Shown in pieces: positions 13,236 to 26,525 of a stretch of 64,000 bases of DNA (positions are counted from its first letter, which is position 1; each line of letters begins with the position of its first letter). The DNA is taken from positions 114,330,001 to 114,394,000 of the forward strand of contig NC_045697.1 of the NCBI RefSeq assembly GCF_009834535.1, in the 5' to 3' direction. This DNA comes from Camelus ferus. Its lineage: Eukaryota. The translations under genes were made by a program, and so were the position numbers. The notes beneath the pieces are model-generated. The model did no database searches. It saw only the letters and a list, made by a program, of their open reading frames with translations, and was not told the origin of the DNA.

Positions 13236-16200
13236 GTTTTTAATCCTGCTAATACTATTTTCTTTGTGATCCCTTCTTTCCAAGAGCCCATTCTTTTGAA
13301 TCTCATTTAGTATTACTTTTATTTCAACTTTATATCCTTTCAAAAATACCTTCTACTTCTTACAGCCTCCAATTGTCCTTCACAGATTTAATGTCATTTT
13401 GAATTTCACTAACCACCTAAACTGTAACATTTTTTTTTCTCCTGTAGAAATAGTTTGAAATGTACGTTTCCTCGTCTTGGGTATCATAGCTCTGATTATG
13501 AACCATTTTCAAAATCCAGTGCTGGTTTGTTTTCTTGTTGGTTCTGTTCCTCACCATACTCTTCATAATTCAGACATCTGTCCTGTGAAGTGGGTACTGA
13601 GTGGTGGTTTAATGTCCACTTTCAGAGAAATAGGTGTGTATATTGATGGTCACACCTCTAAGCCCAAATCTGAGTTTGCCAGGCATCAGTAGCTTTTTTA
13701 AACCATTCCTTCTCTTAGGATTCAGTGCACCTTTAATACTCCTCTCCCTAAAGTCCCAGTTGTTGTCTTTTAAATCTACATTTCAGAAACGGATATAGAA
13801 AGATGAGAGCAAAGGGGAGAAAAGTTTCAATATTTAGGACGTTGCACCCTACCTAATATTCTGTTGGGTGCAGATTCTTGGAGGACAGAGAGAGGGAAGG
13901 AAATCAATTGCCTCTTTTATTAAAACAAACAAAGAAACAAACAAAAAACATAAATGGTCCACTCTCAAAAGCCATCAGTTTTATATCTAGTGAATAATCT
14001 ATCCTCTGCCAATAAATTGCTTATCAGTCGAAGTTTGGCTTAGTTTTATCTTCACATATTTGGTGGACAGACAGGGCTGCTAATCAAATGTTTCTAGCTA
14101 CAAATCTTTCTATTTTCTCATTTCTTTACAAATAGCATTTCAGCAGGGGAAAATATGCCTTAAATGTGCCCATTAATTCTAAAGATGCATTTTTATTTCA
14201 GAAATGCACTTTCTGGCTGGCCTTTTGGATGCCTTGGCCTTAACAGATTTCTGTTCTTGTAATCTGTATTCTCTAGAAAGCAATGTAGCTGATTCTCTGC
14301 AAATGTAAGGGTGACACTTATAAAAGGATATATATAGCTCTGAGTATTTTTAATAAAGATACGCTTTAACAATAGCTATCCAGGGCTCAGAAGCCTGTGA
14401 GGCATTCCGGTGACCCAAAAGGATTAACAGGTCTCCACGATTCCCTTCTAGTGACATTTAGTGTATTTAGCTTGAAAAGCTAATCAATCATGCCTTATGA
14501 AGTCTGCCATTTAAAAAGTAGTTTGGCTAAGAATATAATTCAATATATCCAAGTGAATAAAGGCTGGGAGAATGATTAAAATGGAAATTGTCTAGATGGA
14601 GGATGTAGCTAGTTAAGTGCCGCAGGGTTAGCTCTGCCTGTATATAGAGCAACAGTGTCGTTATAGGGAAATACATCACTGCAATTTACATACATCAGAC
14701 TATTTAAAGGTACTGGAAATACCGGTAAGGAAAATCACCTAAAATAAGTGAACTAAAAGGAGATCTGTGAAATGCGAGCTGAACGTCAAATGAGATTCAT
14801 CTGTAGAGTAGGAGAGACAATTATTTGAATTTCAATAATTTTATAGCCAAGAAGAGCCTGGAAAGCAACATTCCAGACAGACTTAGATGACCTGGCTTTT
14901 TCATTTTGAATGAAATCCGTGTCGTTAATTAATAATGACAAAATGTTGAATAGGATTCATCATTAAAACAAATAGATAAAGGAGATGTTTACAAGGGTGG
15001 AGAGCATTTTGCGAAGGAAGTGTTTGCATTTGCATTTAATTTCCCAGATGTGTTTTCACATCAGTGAGAGGATGAAAATAAAGTAATATTAACATTTCTG
15101 GGAATGAATTCCAGACACCCACATGATGTCTTAAGGCAAGACAGTAGACGCTCAGCATTTTATTCCAGAGAAATGAAAGAAAAAGAACATCTCAAAGGAT
15201 TTTTTTTTTCGTTTGTATTTGCATCCATATTATGTATAAGATGTTATCACAGTCTACTTATAATTTAATTCGCCAGATATCCTTTGTGCCTTTTTACAAA
15301 TTCAATTACTTTGACCTCTAGCTCACCAGTGTACTGATACCTGATTATTCTCCTTTAGACTATCTCTTTGCAAACTGTTTAAAAATTCACTGTATTTTGT
15401 ATAATCTTTACCAAAGGAAAATTTGAATATTTTCTATTAAGTAGCTTTATTCCAAAGATAAGCTTGTCCCCATGGGATAGTGGTTTTTTTTTTTTTTCTT
15501 TCAGTTTATTTAGAAAAATAAATATATCTGAGTTCTAGTCCCTGAGGTCATAGTCTTCAAAATGTGATTCTGAGGGACTTTGCGGTAAAGGTAATGCTCA
15601 GAGCTGGTTCACAGGGAGGGAGGAAAAACCTGGCACGTGGGGCTTGGACCTCCACTTCCTGACTCAACATAAACAGCCTAGTTTTTAACCATTTAAAGTT
15701 TCAGAGTTTTTTCCATGTCACTATAGACGATAGTGTGTATATGATTTGTTGGTATTAATGGTTCCTAAATGCAAACCAGTGGGTTTCTAGTGTCTTCCAT
15801 AGGAATTTCAAAGAGTTTTGACTTAATTATTCTTTCTTCTTAAAGCAAAAATTTTAGTAACTAATTTCAACAGCAAGTAAACATCTGCGTCAGTGGAAAT
15901 AAAATAAGCGTATTGGGATATGGCTCTTGCTTCAGAATTTTACTTGGTGGAGTATAATTGCTGTAGAATTAATGCTTTAATGTGTTTTTATTTGTAGATG
16001 CATGCTGTATAATTTACACCTGAAGTGCCATCATTTAGAGATGGGGAATATAGGAAATACTTATTTTGAGATAAAACAGTTTAATGAGGAACATAAAAAT
16101 GATAATAATTCTGTTAAATTGCCCCAAGATGCTGCTTATAGATTAGTAAAAGACATTAATCTAAATGAATTCCTTACTTAGTATATAAAGATATCTCTAA

Positions 16201-17609
16201 GACTTTAAATATCATTGATAATAGACTGAAAATGTGGTAAAGATTACTTTTAATTTCTCTTTTCAGTGACAGAATATACGGAATAGTCAGATCTGCTATA
16301 TTTAAAGAATAGTACTTTAAAAGAACAGCCAGAATTTTCAAAAATGTGTATCATCATTTATAAATAAGGTAGAACAATTATTATAGAGGTATACCAGTTG
16401 ATTTTCAAAGACACAAAGTGTAGTGATTTCAAGTATCAGTTAATAAATGTACATTTTTTTCTGCTACATGCCATAACACATAATAAACTTCTATAGCATT
16501 TGGAATGAATATTTCCCAGATCAAATTGTTATAATACATACTTTGTATTACATTAGTCAAATATATTATTTTTAAAATAATTTAAGTAACTATATAACCT
16601 ATTAAATGGGAAAATAAATATATCTCTATGCAAATATATAATTGATTAAATATTTACCTATACAGAAATATAATAAACGTATTTTTCTTCTAATTACATT
16701 CTTATGGGAAAAATGATTTAAGAAAATGTGAAATCACATAAATATAGTGGTTTACAATAAAAACACATTTTTAAACTTCATGTTAAATTAAGATAAAAGA
16801 ATGACACATAAAAATCATGTTTACCAATCCACTTATAGCTGATCACAAGAAATGCATTCTTTCCCTTAAGTGGACCCCCTCTGCACAATTCTAAGAATCT
16901 TAGAACCCGGTTGTCTGAAGAGATCAATCGTTTTTATTTGATCCTACAGGGGCTTTGAGGTGGAGATACTGAAAAAATATATTCAGTTACACAGTTACAC
17001 AAGAGGTGTGTTTCTGATGTTCTGTCTATTTTGAGGGGCTGTCTGCCGGGACACAAGCTCGAGTGGGTAAAGACTGATGTCTCACTAAGCTCCACATTAG
17101 CCAACATGAGTTACTGCCCCGAAGTCAGTAACAATTTCTCACAACGAACAGGAAGAGATCGACCTCTCCTGTTGATACTCTCAGCTGTAGGAACTCCACA
17201 GTGTAAGTGCTCAGCAGAGTCTAAATATTTGTTTAGGGAATGAAGTCTCTAAAGAAAACATGATCTGCATACACGTGTACATCTGCCAATTTCTGTTAAA
17301 AAGGCCATTTAACTTCTCGATGTGAAATATAGGCATATGTCGTATCTTAACCAAGCATTAAAAGATCTTCGAAAGGCAATTTTCCAAAACCAAGGGAAAA
17401 TCTGTCCCCCAAAAAAGTGAATTTTAATATCAGATTAAAAAATGTATATTTGCAATTTTAACCTAGTAGTTTTTCTCCATTCTAGCCATAAAAAACTTCA
17501 AACCATTTTGAAGTCTACATTGAAACTACTAAACAGATATTTTTATCTAACCACTTCTCTCCTGAATGCCATGAGTAATCAGAATAGTCTCTTCTCTAGA
17601 CTTAAGCAA

Positions 17610-18480
17610 TTAATTCCTTCATTCATTCAGTTAACAAAGATTGTATATCAATCTCTTGCCAGGTTCCTACTTAACACTGAAGACAAAAGAGTGAATAAAA
17701 TCTCTAAAGTTTCATAGAACTTCCAGTCTCTCGGGAGGGGGTGAGAACGGGACAGAGTCATTAAGAGATTAACATTCTTGTTCTGCTACGTAGAAACCTG
17801 ATAAGAATTTTGGGCTTGGTTCTGAGTGTGAAAAGAAGCCAATGGTTTACTTTTTAGTGGCATTTGTCTGATGGCTGCATAGGAAATGTTCTATGGAACA
17901 AGGGAGAGCAAGATTGGAAGTGATAGACTGGACGGTAGTTCTGGCTCTGATCCAGGCTAGAGATTATTCAGGTATATATTTCAGAGTTAGAATGTATCTT
18001 TTGATGAGACACAGAGTGAGTGAGAAAAGAAAATTAAGGATGGACTCTTAGAATTTTACTCTGAACACTTGGACAAATGGAGTTGTCTTCCCCTAGATAG
18101 GGGAAGACGGTGGAAGGAATGAACTTGGTGTATCTTATGTTTGGGTATCTACAGACATCCAAGTGGAGACGTTAAATTGGCACTTAGAAGAGAGATCGGC
18201 ATTGGAAGTACAAATTGGACAGCAGGAACTTATAGGGGGTACTTTGTAGCAGGAGTTAATGAAGAGTGAGGAGTTAGCAGAAATATTGTGAGTTGAGAGT
18301 GGAAATGCACCCTGTTCTCTAAAAGTCAGGAAGATGATACCTCCAGTAAAAAAGATGTGAACGAGTAACCAGTGAAATTGGAAACGTAAAACCCTAAACT
18401 ACAGAGTGGGAGTCAAATGAGGAGACTGTTTCAGTAAGGTGAGAAGGATCAGCTGGTATCAAACACTTGGGCATTAGACA
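17610..18480 (-). mobile_element. L2 fragment(s)
   Basis: ttcattcattcagttaacaaa 3' terminus, plus L2-like internal motifs (gacatccaagtggagacgtta, ctgaacacttggacaaatggagttg). Confidence 0.7.
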
Positions 18481-18630
18481 AAAGGATGTGGACTAGCCAT
18501 ATACATCATCAGTTTCTCATAGTTCATCCTAATGCCCTTTCTGCACTTTGGTTTCCATTTTCCAATGGAGGGGAAAACCTACCTGTATGTTAAATGCCTC
18601 ACAAGTGGTAGTAGATTCTCTGCAATTTTT

Positions 18631-18650
18631 CCCCCCCCCCCCCCCCCCCC
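18631..18650. repeat. Poly(C)20 homopolymer
   Basis: 20 consecutive C. Confidence 0.97.
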
Positions 18651-19405
18651 ACCATCCTACTCTTTAAAATCGGTATTTCTCATTGCAGCAATTCTGGCTG
18701 CATTCCTAATAGTGCTACATTAATTATTTTAAATAAACAAAATTATTAGTTGTTTAAATGTTTTACCTAATATGTTTTACTAAAAAAAGTGTTGCTTTAA
18801 AACTAGTAAAACCATTACATTTACTCATTATTAAACTGGCTTCAAACTCAGAATGAAAGAGATATTTTGAAATTGACATTGAAATGACCTGTCATATCTA
18901 CTACCTATTGGATCAAAAAAATTACCTCAGGTCTTTTTTTTTTTTTTTTTTTTGCCAGAAAAATATGTCCCAACTCATCTACTAAAATGAAGTGGTACCT
19001 GTTTGCCTCCATAATCAGCAAAGTGCAAATCAAACTTCATTTCTCCCTGGGCAGAAAGTACAAACATTTTTAATTAGAGCTGATATTTTTCTGTGTCCTT
19101 GTTTCTAGAAGAGACAGGCTAGTAGGGAAAGGTGACACTGAAATAACCAGAAAACTAAGCAGGTGACAGAGTCAGATTGAGGGCAGGACCCAAGGCTTGG
19201 TGGCACAGCAAATCCTGCTCGCAGGGCGGGCGCTCATTACAGGAGTGGATTAGGAGATTTGTTAAAGGATTAGGGGATTTGAATTCCTTTTTTTTTCTTT
19301 TCAGTTCTTATTCCTCACAATAGCCCTCATTGTGTCTATTGTTTATGAACCGTTTTATGCCTAGACATTAAGTAAGTAAGATGGAGTTCGCTTTTTGCTG
19401 AAAAG

Positions 19406-19407
<2 letters not shown>

Positions 19408-19448
<41 letters not shown>
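19408..19448. repeat. (CA)n microsatellite, about 20 units
   Basis: Perfect AC run seen directly. Confidence 0.98.
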
Positions 19449-19451
<3 letters not shown>

Positions 19452-20901
19452 GACTGAGGACATAATGCACTTATGTGTATTCTGGTGCTGAGAAAACCGA
19501 ACGAGAATTTCAGGTTTTCATTTACATTCTCTTTGTCTGAGAAAGTGTATTGTGAGGTGACCTCAGACCATTTCACACACTTTAATGAGCTGTCCCTTTC
19601 GATGGGACTCTCCTGAAACAGCTTTTCCCAAAGAATGTTTTGGGAATAGAGGCGATTTTTGCAAAGTAGGAATGCAAGTAACCAACCAAGAGGAACCGCT
19701 TTTCAGCTCACTAGTAAATAGAGAAAGAAAATTTGAAATGATGAGATTGTTTGAAACATTTACAAATAGACTAGTTTGAAAAAACAGCAACAAAATTTCC
19801 AGAAGGTTATGAATAAAAGGTATCCCCTGAGAGTAGAAAATTATATACTTCTGGGGAGGAATCTGGCATTCAACATTGAAAAGGTAAAGTGCATACCTTT
19901 TAATAAACAATTCCAAGTCTAATTAGAGAAAATGTAAAGCAGTCCAAATCCTATCAATAGAGCTAGTTGAATAAAATACACCAAAAACACCCCAAAGGCT
20001 ATCAAAAATGAAAAGGTATTTACATGAAAGTGTGCCTATTTTTTAATTAACATAAGAAAAAATAATTTGCAAAACACTGTGGAGAGAATAATCTAATTTA
20101 TGGAAAACTTTAAACTTCTGTGGAGGTACATGTCGGGAAGTGTGTGTGTGTGTGTTGCAATTTTAAATGGATAATCAAGTAAGTTTGTCACTGCTTTTGT
20201 GGGGATTTCAGGTGACAATCATTTTTTCATTCTTTTTATAAGGCAGGCATTATTTTTACACTCTGATATAATTCATCAGATGTTCTCTAATATAATCGAA
20301 GGGTCTACTCTGAAAGAAAATATTGAAAGTTACGGTGAATATTAGCTTTTCAAAGGAATGTCACAGAGCAAAGAAACACATTTGACATTGTATTACTTGA
20401 CTTTTCCTTAAAGTCCTTAGCCAGAAGATCCCATTTGACTTAAGTGCTGCTATTGTACATGGTCTGAGAAACTCTCTTTGAAGCGTCCACACCTCACCTG
20501 TCAATTCCACATTCTCAGGCAGAACTATAATAGCATGCATGTAGGGAAAAGACATTTTGGTGCTATTTTTTTTTCTCTCACATTATTATTATTACTTCTC
20601 GACTGTGCAGTTATTTCTTATTGACAGTCAATTGACAAGAAAAGAGGTCCTTCATTAAGTCAAAGAGTTGTTCAGGGCCAGTTCAGACTTATTCCCTGGA
20701 TGAATTAACTGTGAACTCTACTACTGAGCACCTGCTCATTTGAACATGGCAACTGTGTATGATTTGCAAATGACCATGTTTCCCAAGTGTTCTCATCTCA
20801 GGCTACCAATGTGAAAGCTAGTGTCTTCCCCTAGGTCTTGATTTAATTCTGTGGTAAGGTTTTTGTTGTCTTTGTGAAGTCTGTGATGGCACTTGGAGAG
20901 T

Positions 20902-21409
20902 TGTTTCCAAGTCCAGACTCGTTCTGCTGGCCACACGACAGTCCAGTAAATCAGGAAACAAAGTGTTGGAGCAAGAAATAATGATTTTATTTGGAAAGCC
21001 AGCAGATAGCAGACTAATGTCATGGAGAACCATCTTCCCCCATCAGAATTCAAGCTCCTTTTATAGTAAAAGGAAAGGGGACGTGGTTGATGGTTGCAAA
21101 CTTCTTGTGTCAAAATCCTTTGTTCTTGCAGCTGTCCACCTAGGTCAGGTCATGGTGTCCCTGCAAACCTCCAGTAAGACAAATGTTATTCTCTGTTCTG
21201 CAACTTTTTATCTCTATATGAATGGGAAAGTGTTACACCCTTAAAGGTCAGAGCCTTGAGGATGGGCTCTCCTGTCTATTTCAGGCTCTAGGCAACATTC
21301 TTTTACAAAAGGTGAAGGACCAGCATGACTGAGCCCAGGAAACAGAGCACAGGGTTAGAGGCAAAGAAACAGATCTACTATGGAGTCAGATTTGTTCTTC
21401 CTTATTACA
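20902..21409 (-). mobile_element. Solo ERV1-class LTR (MER41/MER4-group-like)
   Basis: TG...CA ends. Minus strand begins tgtaataaggaagaacaaatctgactccat (gactccat motif typical of MER4-group LTRs). Minus-strand AATAAA (tttatt near 20986). Confidence 0.8.
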
Positions 21410-21417
21410 GTCACTAC

Positions 21418-21875
21418 TGGGAAGGTTAACCTTATAGATGAAAAATGTTGCCAGTCATATCAGTAAACAAAGGATGCTGCAGTCCTCAAGCCATCAGCCA
21501 CTACAGCCACTCCCAAATGTGCACCCTGAGGAGATTCAGGGTGGAGAAAACAGGATGCTGGCCCTATTTTAAGCTGCATATCAAAGGAATGATTTCAGCG
21601 AGCCCAGAATCTTGCTTCCTCCCATACATAGAAAAGTTAAATTCATTCACTTGAGATGTTTGGTTTTCTTTAATTAACAGTAATCTTTGGATGTTCCAAC
21701 TACCTGGTTTTTGTTGCAAAACTCTTACACATCCTAGCTCCTCCTTTACCTCTTTAGAGCAGTCCCTCAAAGCTATCTGAGATGCTGTCTTCCACGTTTA
21801 AGTTCTCAGTTTTGTCCACCGAATAAAACAGAGTTCTTAACTTTTAGGTTGTACATTTTTTCCCAATGGATAACT
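21418..21875 (+). mobile_element. Solo ERV1-class LTR (MER34/MER39-like 3' end)
   Basis: gagcagtccctcaaagctatctgagatgctgtct...AATAAA(21822)...cttttaggttgtacattttt is a typical R-U5 end. Confidence 0.75.
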
Positions 21876-21959
21876 TAATGGTCAAATGAATTTAAGAATA
21901 TTTAAGAGCACTTATTTTTTTTTTTACATAACATCAGATCTTGGCCCCATATTTATTGC

Positions 21960-22630
21960 TTTTTAAAAACACTTTTATTGAGATATAATTCATATACCTA
22001 CAATTCATACCCATTTCGAGTGTACAACTCAGTGTTTTTTCAGGGTATTCACAGAGCTGTGCAACCAACACCACAATCAATTTTAGAACATTTATAAAAT
22101 CCGCAAAGGAAATCCCTCATCCATTGGTAGTCACTCCACATCCACCTCAACCTTCTCTATAATATCAAACAGAAGAATTGAAAACCATTGTTTCTTTTTC
22201 CTGATCTTAGGAGGAAGCCCTTAAATTTTTCAAATCAAGCATGCTGTTCACAGTGGGATTTTCACAGATAGCATTTTATCAAGTTTAGGAATCTCCCTTC
22301 TACTTCTAGAAATTGAGTATTTTTATCACAAAGATTTTCGGGTTATGTCAAATACTCTTTCTGCATCTATTCAAATTACCATATACTTTTGTTCTTGATT
22401 CTATTGATGTGGTTTTTCAGATGTCAATCCAATATTAGATTCATAAGATAAATCCCACTTGGTCATAGTAGAGAGTCCTCTTTAAATACTGCTGTTTGGG
22501 GTTTGTTTGTATTTTGTAGAGAATTTTTGCATCTGTATTCATAAACGATACTGTTGTGTAATTTTCTTTTTTGTGTTGTTTTTATCTAATTTTGATATTA
22601 GGAAAAGGTTGATTTTATAAATGAGTTGGG
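21960..22630 (-). mobile_element. Old L1 (L1MB-like 3' end joined to an ORF2 fragment)
   Basis: tttattgagatataattcatatac...gagctgtgcaaccaacaccacaatcaattttagaacattt, then antisense RT-region sequence (ataaatcccacttggtcat). Confidence 0.8.
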
Positions 22631-24447
22631 ACAAAAACTGCTCATTTTGGACAAAAGATTGCAGTGATTCTGAATACTGATCCCACCACTCTAGAGCTTG
22701 TTGCTACTTGCTTTTTTGCTTCTTATTTGTTTAGCAATTTGGCCATAATATTTCAATGACACCTACTTTCTTTGAAATAAAAAAAAAAAGTTCTGCCTCT
22801 GAGATTGCGGCTACAAAGCTTATCTTGGGCATCACATGTTCACCCTGGACCCCACCACCCAGCATGTCAGCAGCTATGGTTAGGCTCTCTTTGTCTCTTC
22901 TCCTTACCTCCTTGGTCAGCTTCTACCTGGTCTGCATCCCGTTTTTATTTTCCACTAACTGATTAGTGAGCTGATCGTTCTATTGCTTGATAACACCTTG
23001 GAGCAATAATTGCCCCACAGTCTGATCCGATTAAATTTGCATAATTTTGCAAGAGTAATTTTGATGGATTCTTCCTGGCTTGCTCCAACGGCTCTGTGTC
23101 ATCATTTCTTTTCCCGTTCTCTCTGTTAGATGTCTAGCTTGTCTACAATTTCATGTGTTGTTATTATGAACTGGCAGCCTCATTTTAACTACTCATCACA
23201 AAAAAACACTGTTTTCAGCCGCTCCCTTAGGGAGGGCTATGAAGGATGTTCCGAAGGATGTTAGTCCCCTTCGGGAGGGCTATGAAGAGCTCTTTCCCTT
23301 ATGGCCTGCCTCTCCCCAAGGGCACAATTACCATACCACTGCTCTGGACCTGCTGGTGAGATAGCAGCCCGTTTCTCTCTGCAGGATACTTCTGTTCTAT
23401 AAGAGGTATATTGGGTAAGGGTTATCACCCTTTGTCTTCTTACTTGACTCTTCTAGGCTGAGGTATCCACCCTATGAGTGGATGAATGCCATTGGGTCCA
23501 ATGTTCTTTGAACTTACAAATGAGTACTGAGTTGTAGAAGGAACCCCAGACTTCTCTTCCATGCTTGCATGAAAAAGAGCCTCTATAACGTGAAGCTAAA
23601 GGAAAGGAGAAGTGAGGGCAACCTTGATTTCTAGAAAGCAACTGTAGCTCTAGACTTGTAGTTTATTGCTACATGCACCCAACCTCCATCTTGATGAGGT
23701 CAGAGAAGAGGCCTTCAGTCGGCACCATACTTGTGCCTGCTGGACAAATAAGATAAACTGTTCTTTCTTTCTTTATACAATTCATCTCTCTTTCCCCAAT
23801 TACTAAAAAAATACATAATCATTAGAAATGGGGAAAAAACTTAGACAAAAAAGTTATGGCCACATAAAGAAAGCATAACATAAAGGAATGGTATTTTTGG
23901 TTTGAAAAAATTTAAAAATAATTTCTGTCGTGACTTTATATAGTTATAAATGAAGACTGGAAAACGCTGGGCTCTGAATGATACACGTGGTATGAAGGAG
24001 CTTTAAGAGGGCATCCAACAAGAGAACAGTTTCCCTCTGTCTCAGGACTCACCCTTGTCCAAATTTCTATGGGTTTCTTATTTTGATTGTTTTTTGATTA
24101 ATGTTTTTAGAGTATTGAAATGCAACTACGCATTAAGCATGGGAAATAATCTGTTAAAGAGCAATGTTATTTCAGGAAATATTAAGTGCAAAAGTCAACT
24201 ATCTAGCAAAAACCTTATTTTAGGTAAATATGAAGTAAAAGAAGAGATACAGTGCGGAGGATTAATTATATATAATTCATTTCATATAAGCTGAAGCTTG
24301 GAGGTGTCTACAGTTTTCTGAAGTAGACACAGGTTAAAAAAAAGTAATAGAGAAGAAATATAGACATGTTACAAGGATGACAATATCTACGATTTTTTCT
24401 TTGCATCTGAATTTGGGACAGGACCCTAGATATCTTCTGTGCTGAAG

Positions 24448-25252
24448 TTTTTTTGTTTTTTTTTTAATTTTTTAAAATTTTTATTGGAGTATAGTCAGTT
24501 TCCAATATTGTGTCAGTTTCTGGTGTATAGCATAATGTTCAGTCATACATAAACATACATATATTCATTTTCATATTGTTTTTCACCAAATGTTACCACA
24601 AGATATTGAATATAGTTCTCTATGCTATACAGTATGAACTTGTTTATTTTATATATGTTAGTCAGTATCTGCAAATCTTGAACTCTCAATTTATCCCTTC
24701 CCACCTCCCTCCCCAGCTGGTAGTCATAAGCTTGTTTTCTGTCTGTGAGTCTGTTTCTGTTTTGTAAATAAGTTCATTTGTCTTTTATTTTTTTAGATTT
24801 CACATATAAGTGATATCATGTGGTAATTTTGTTTCTCTTTCTGACTACTTCACTTAAAATAACAAACTCCAAGTTCACTCATGTTGCTGCAAATGACACC
24901 ATTTTATCTTTTTTATGACTGAGTACTATTCCATTGTATACATATACCACTGCTTCTTTATCCAGTCATCTGTTGATGGACATTTAGGTTTTTTCCATGT
25001 CTTGACTATTGTAAACAGTGCTGCTATGGACACTGGGGTGCAGGTGTCTTTGAATTAAGGCTCCCTCTAGATATATGCCCAGGAGTGAGACTGCTGGATC
25101 ATATGGTAGGTCTATTTTTAGTCTTTTGAGGAATCTTCATACTGTTTTCCACAGTGGCTGCACTAAACTACATTCCCACCAACTGTGTGGGAGGGTTCCC
25201 TTTTCTCCACCCCCTCTCCAGCATTTATCATTTGTGGACTGAATTTTAATGA
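24448..25252 (-). mobile_element. 5'-truncated L1 (3' UTR plus ORF2 C-terminus), relatively young
   Basis: Poly-T tail, 3' UTR, antisense [20 protein letters not shown]. Confidence 0.95.
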
Positions 25253-26122
25253 AGGAGATAGGAAACAAACATTTGTGTGGGGATGTACATATCTCTTAGT
25301 TTCTGAAGTTTTGTTCCTCTTGTTACAGCTCTCTGTTTCAGTGTTACCATGTTTAGATCCCAAGTATCAGTGAAACAAAGGCCTTGTCTAGAGACCAAAT
25401 TCTGTCAAAGAGTTTTTTAATCTACTCTATTTGTGTGATGGAATGCATTCTCTGATTTTACTTCACCATTAAAGGATGATTAGTAATGCTTGTTTTCCAT
25501 TATGTTATAAAATTAAATTTATAAAATCAGAACAAAATGCATTAGCAAATTAATTTTTTCATATATCACTATTTTGGCAGAATGATTTTGAAATAAGATT
25601 TTCGTGAGGAAACTTTGAAGTAAATTTTGGAATACACCTATTAAATGATTTTATTTTCATTAATAATCTGTGTTAATTTATATAAAAGGATTATATGTAA
25701 TACATACGTCAATCTTTATGCTTTGGAATTTTTTATGCCATTATGACATTTGAGGCATACTGAATGATGTATGATTTTTAAACTTTTATCATATTTTCTC
25801 CTTTCCAACTCATATATCTCCTAACTAAGGTATCATCATTTATATTACAGCACTAATTACAATCTGTATAAAAGCAATGTTAATTTAAGAATTAATGACC
25901 TTGTGCGTAAATATTTTAAAATTAGTTTATGTCCCTTTTCTGTGAGAGTTTGTCCTAGTTAGCTGGGTGATGCTGTAACACTGTAAACAAGCTAGTTCAC
26001 TCAGATTTATCTCTTTTAGCTAATGATAACTGTGGGTGTACATTTTCTTGCTTTAACTTTAAAAATCACTTTTGTTAAGAAAGCAAAAATATTTATAAAT
26101 CATACTTAATATATAAATATCA

Positions 26123-26281
26123 TTTTTTAATTGTTTGTACAACTTATTTATTTATCTAGGGAGGAGGTAATTAGGTTTGTTTGCTTATTTATTTACTTAT
26201 TTAGTGGAAGTACTGGGGATTGAACCCAGGACCTTATGCTTGCTAAGCATGCACTCTACCACTGAGCTATACCCTCCCCCC
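26123..26281 (-). mobile_element. tRNA-derived SINE (Vic-1-like)
   Basis: ggaggtaattaggttt...gtactggggattgaacccaggaccttatgcttgctaagcatgcactctaccactgagctataccctcccc. Confidence 0.9.
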
Positions 26282-26384
26282 TAAAAAATAATTATTTGAA
26301 ATGATTCATACATTAGAAGAATATAAGCAGAAGAGACACCCTGTATTAGCAGATACCCGGTAACATCTCCTTGTAATTTTCCTT

Positions 26385-26525
26385 TATTTTTTCTTTTTTT
26401 AATAGACTTTATTTTTTTTAGACCAGTTTCAGGTTTACAGCAGAATTGAGCAGAAAATACAGAGATCCCACAGAGCCCTCCCCACCCACACATACATACT
26501 CCCCTACCTTCAACATCCTTCATCC
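26385..26525 (-). mobile_element. Old L1 3' end (L1MC/L1MB-like)
   Basis: aatagactttattttttt agaccagtttcaggtttacagcagaattgagcagaaaatacagagat is the reverse-complement homolog of 3808-3965. Confidence 0.75.

Noticed and set aside
20902..21875. A provirus formed by the two adjacent LTRs
   Set aside because: The LTRs are dissimilar, oppositely oriented and have no internal gag/pol or PBS.
26205..26281. tRNA-Ala-like sequences (also at 7871-7945 and 8811-8884) as real tRNA genes
   Set aside because: They are diverged from each other and attached to AT-rich SINE tails, with a clear TSD at one copy, so they are SINEs.
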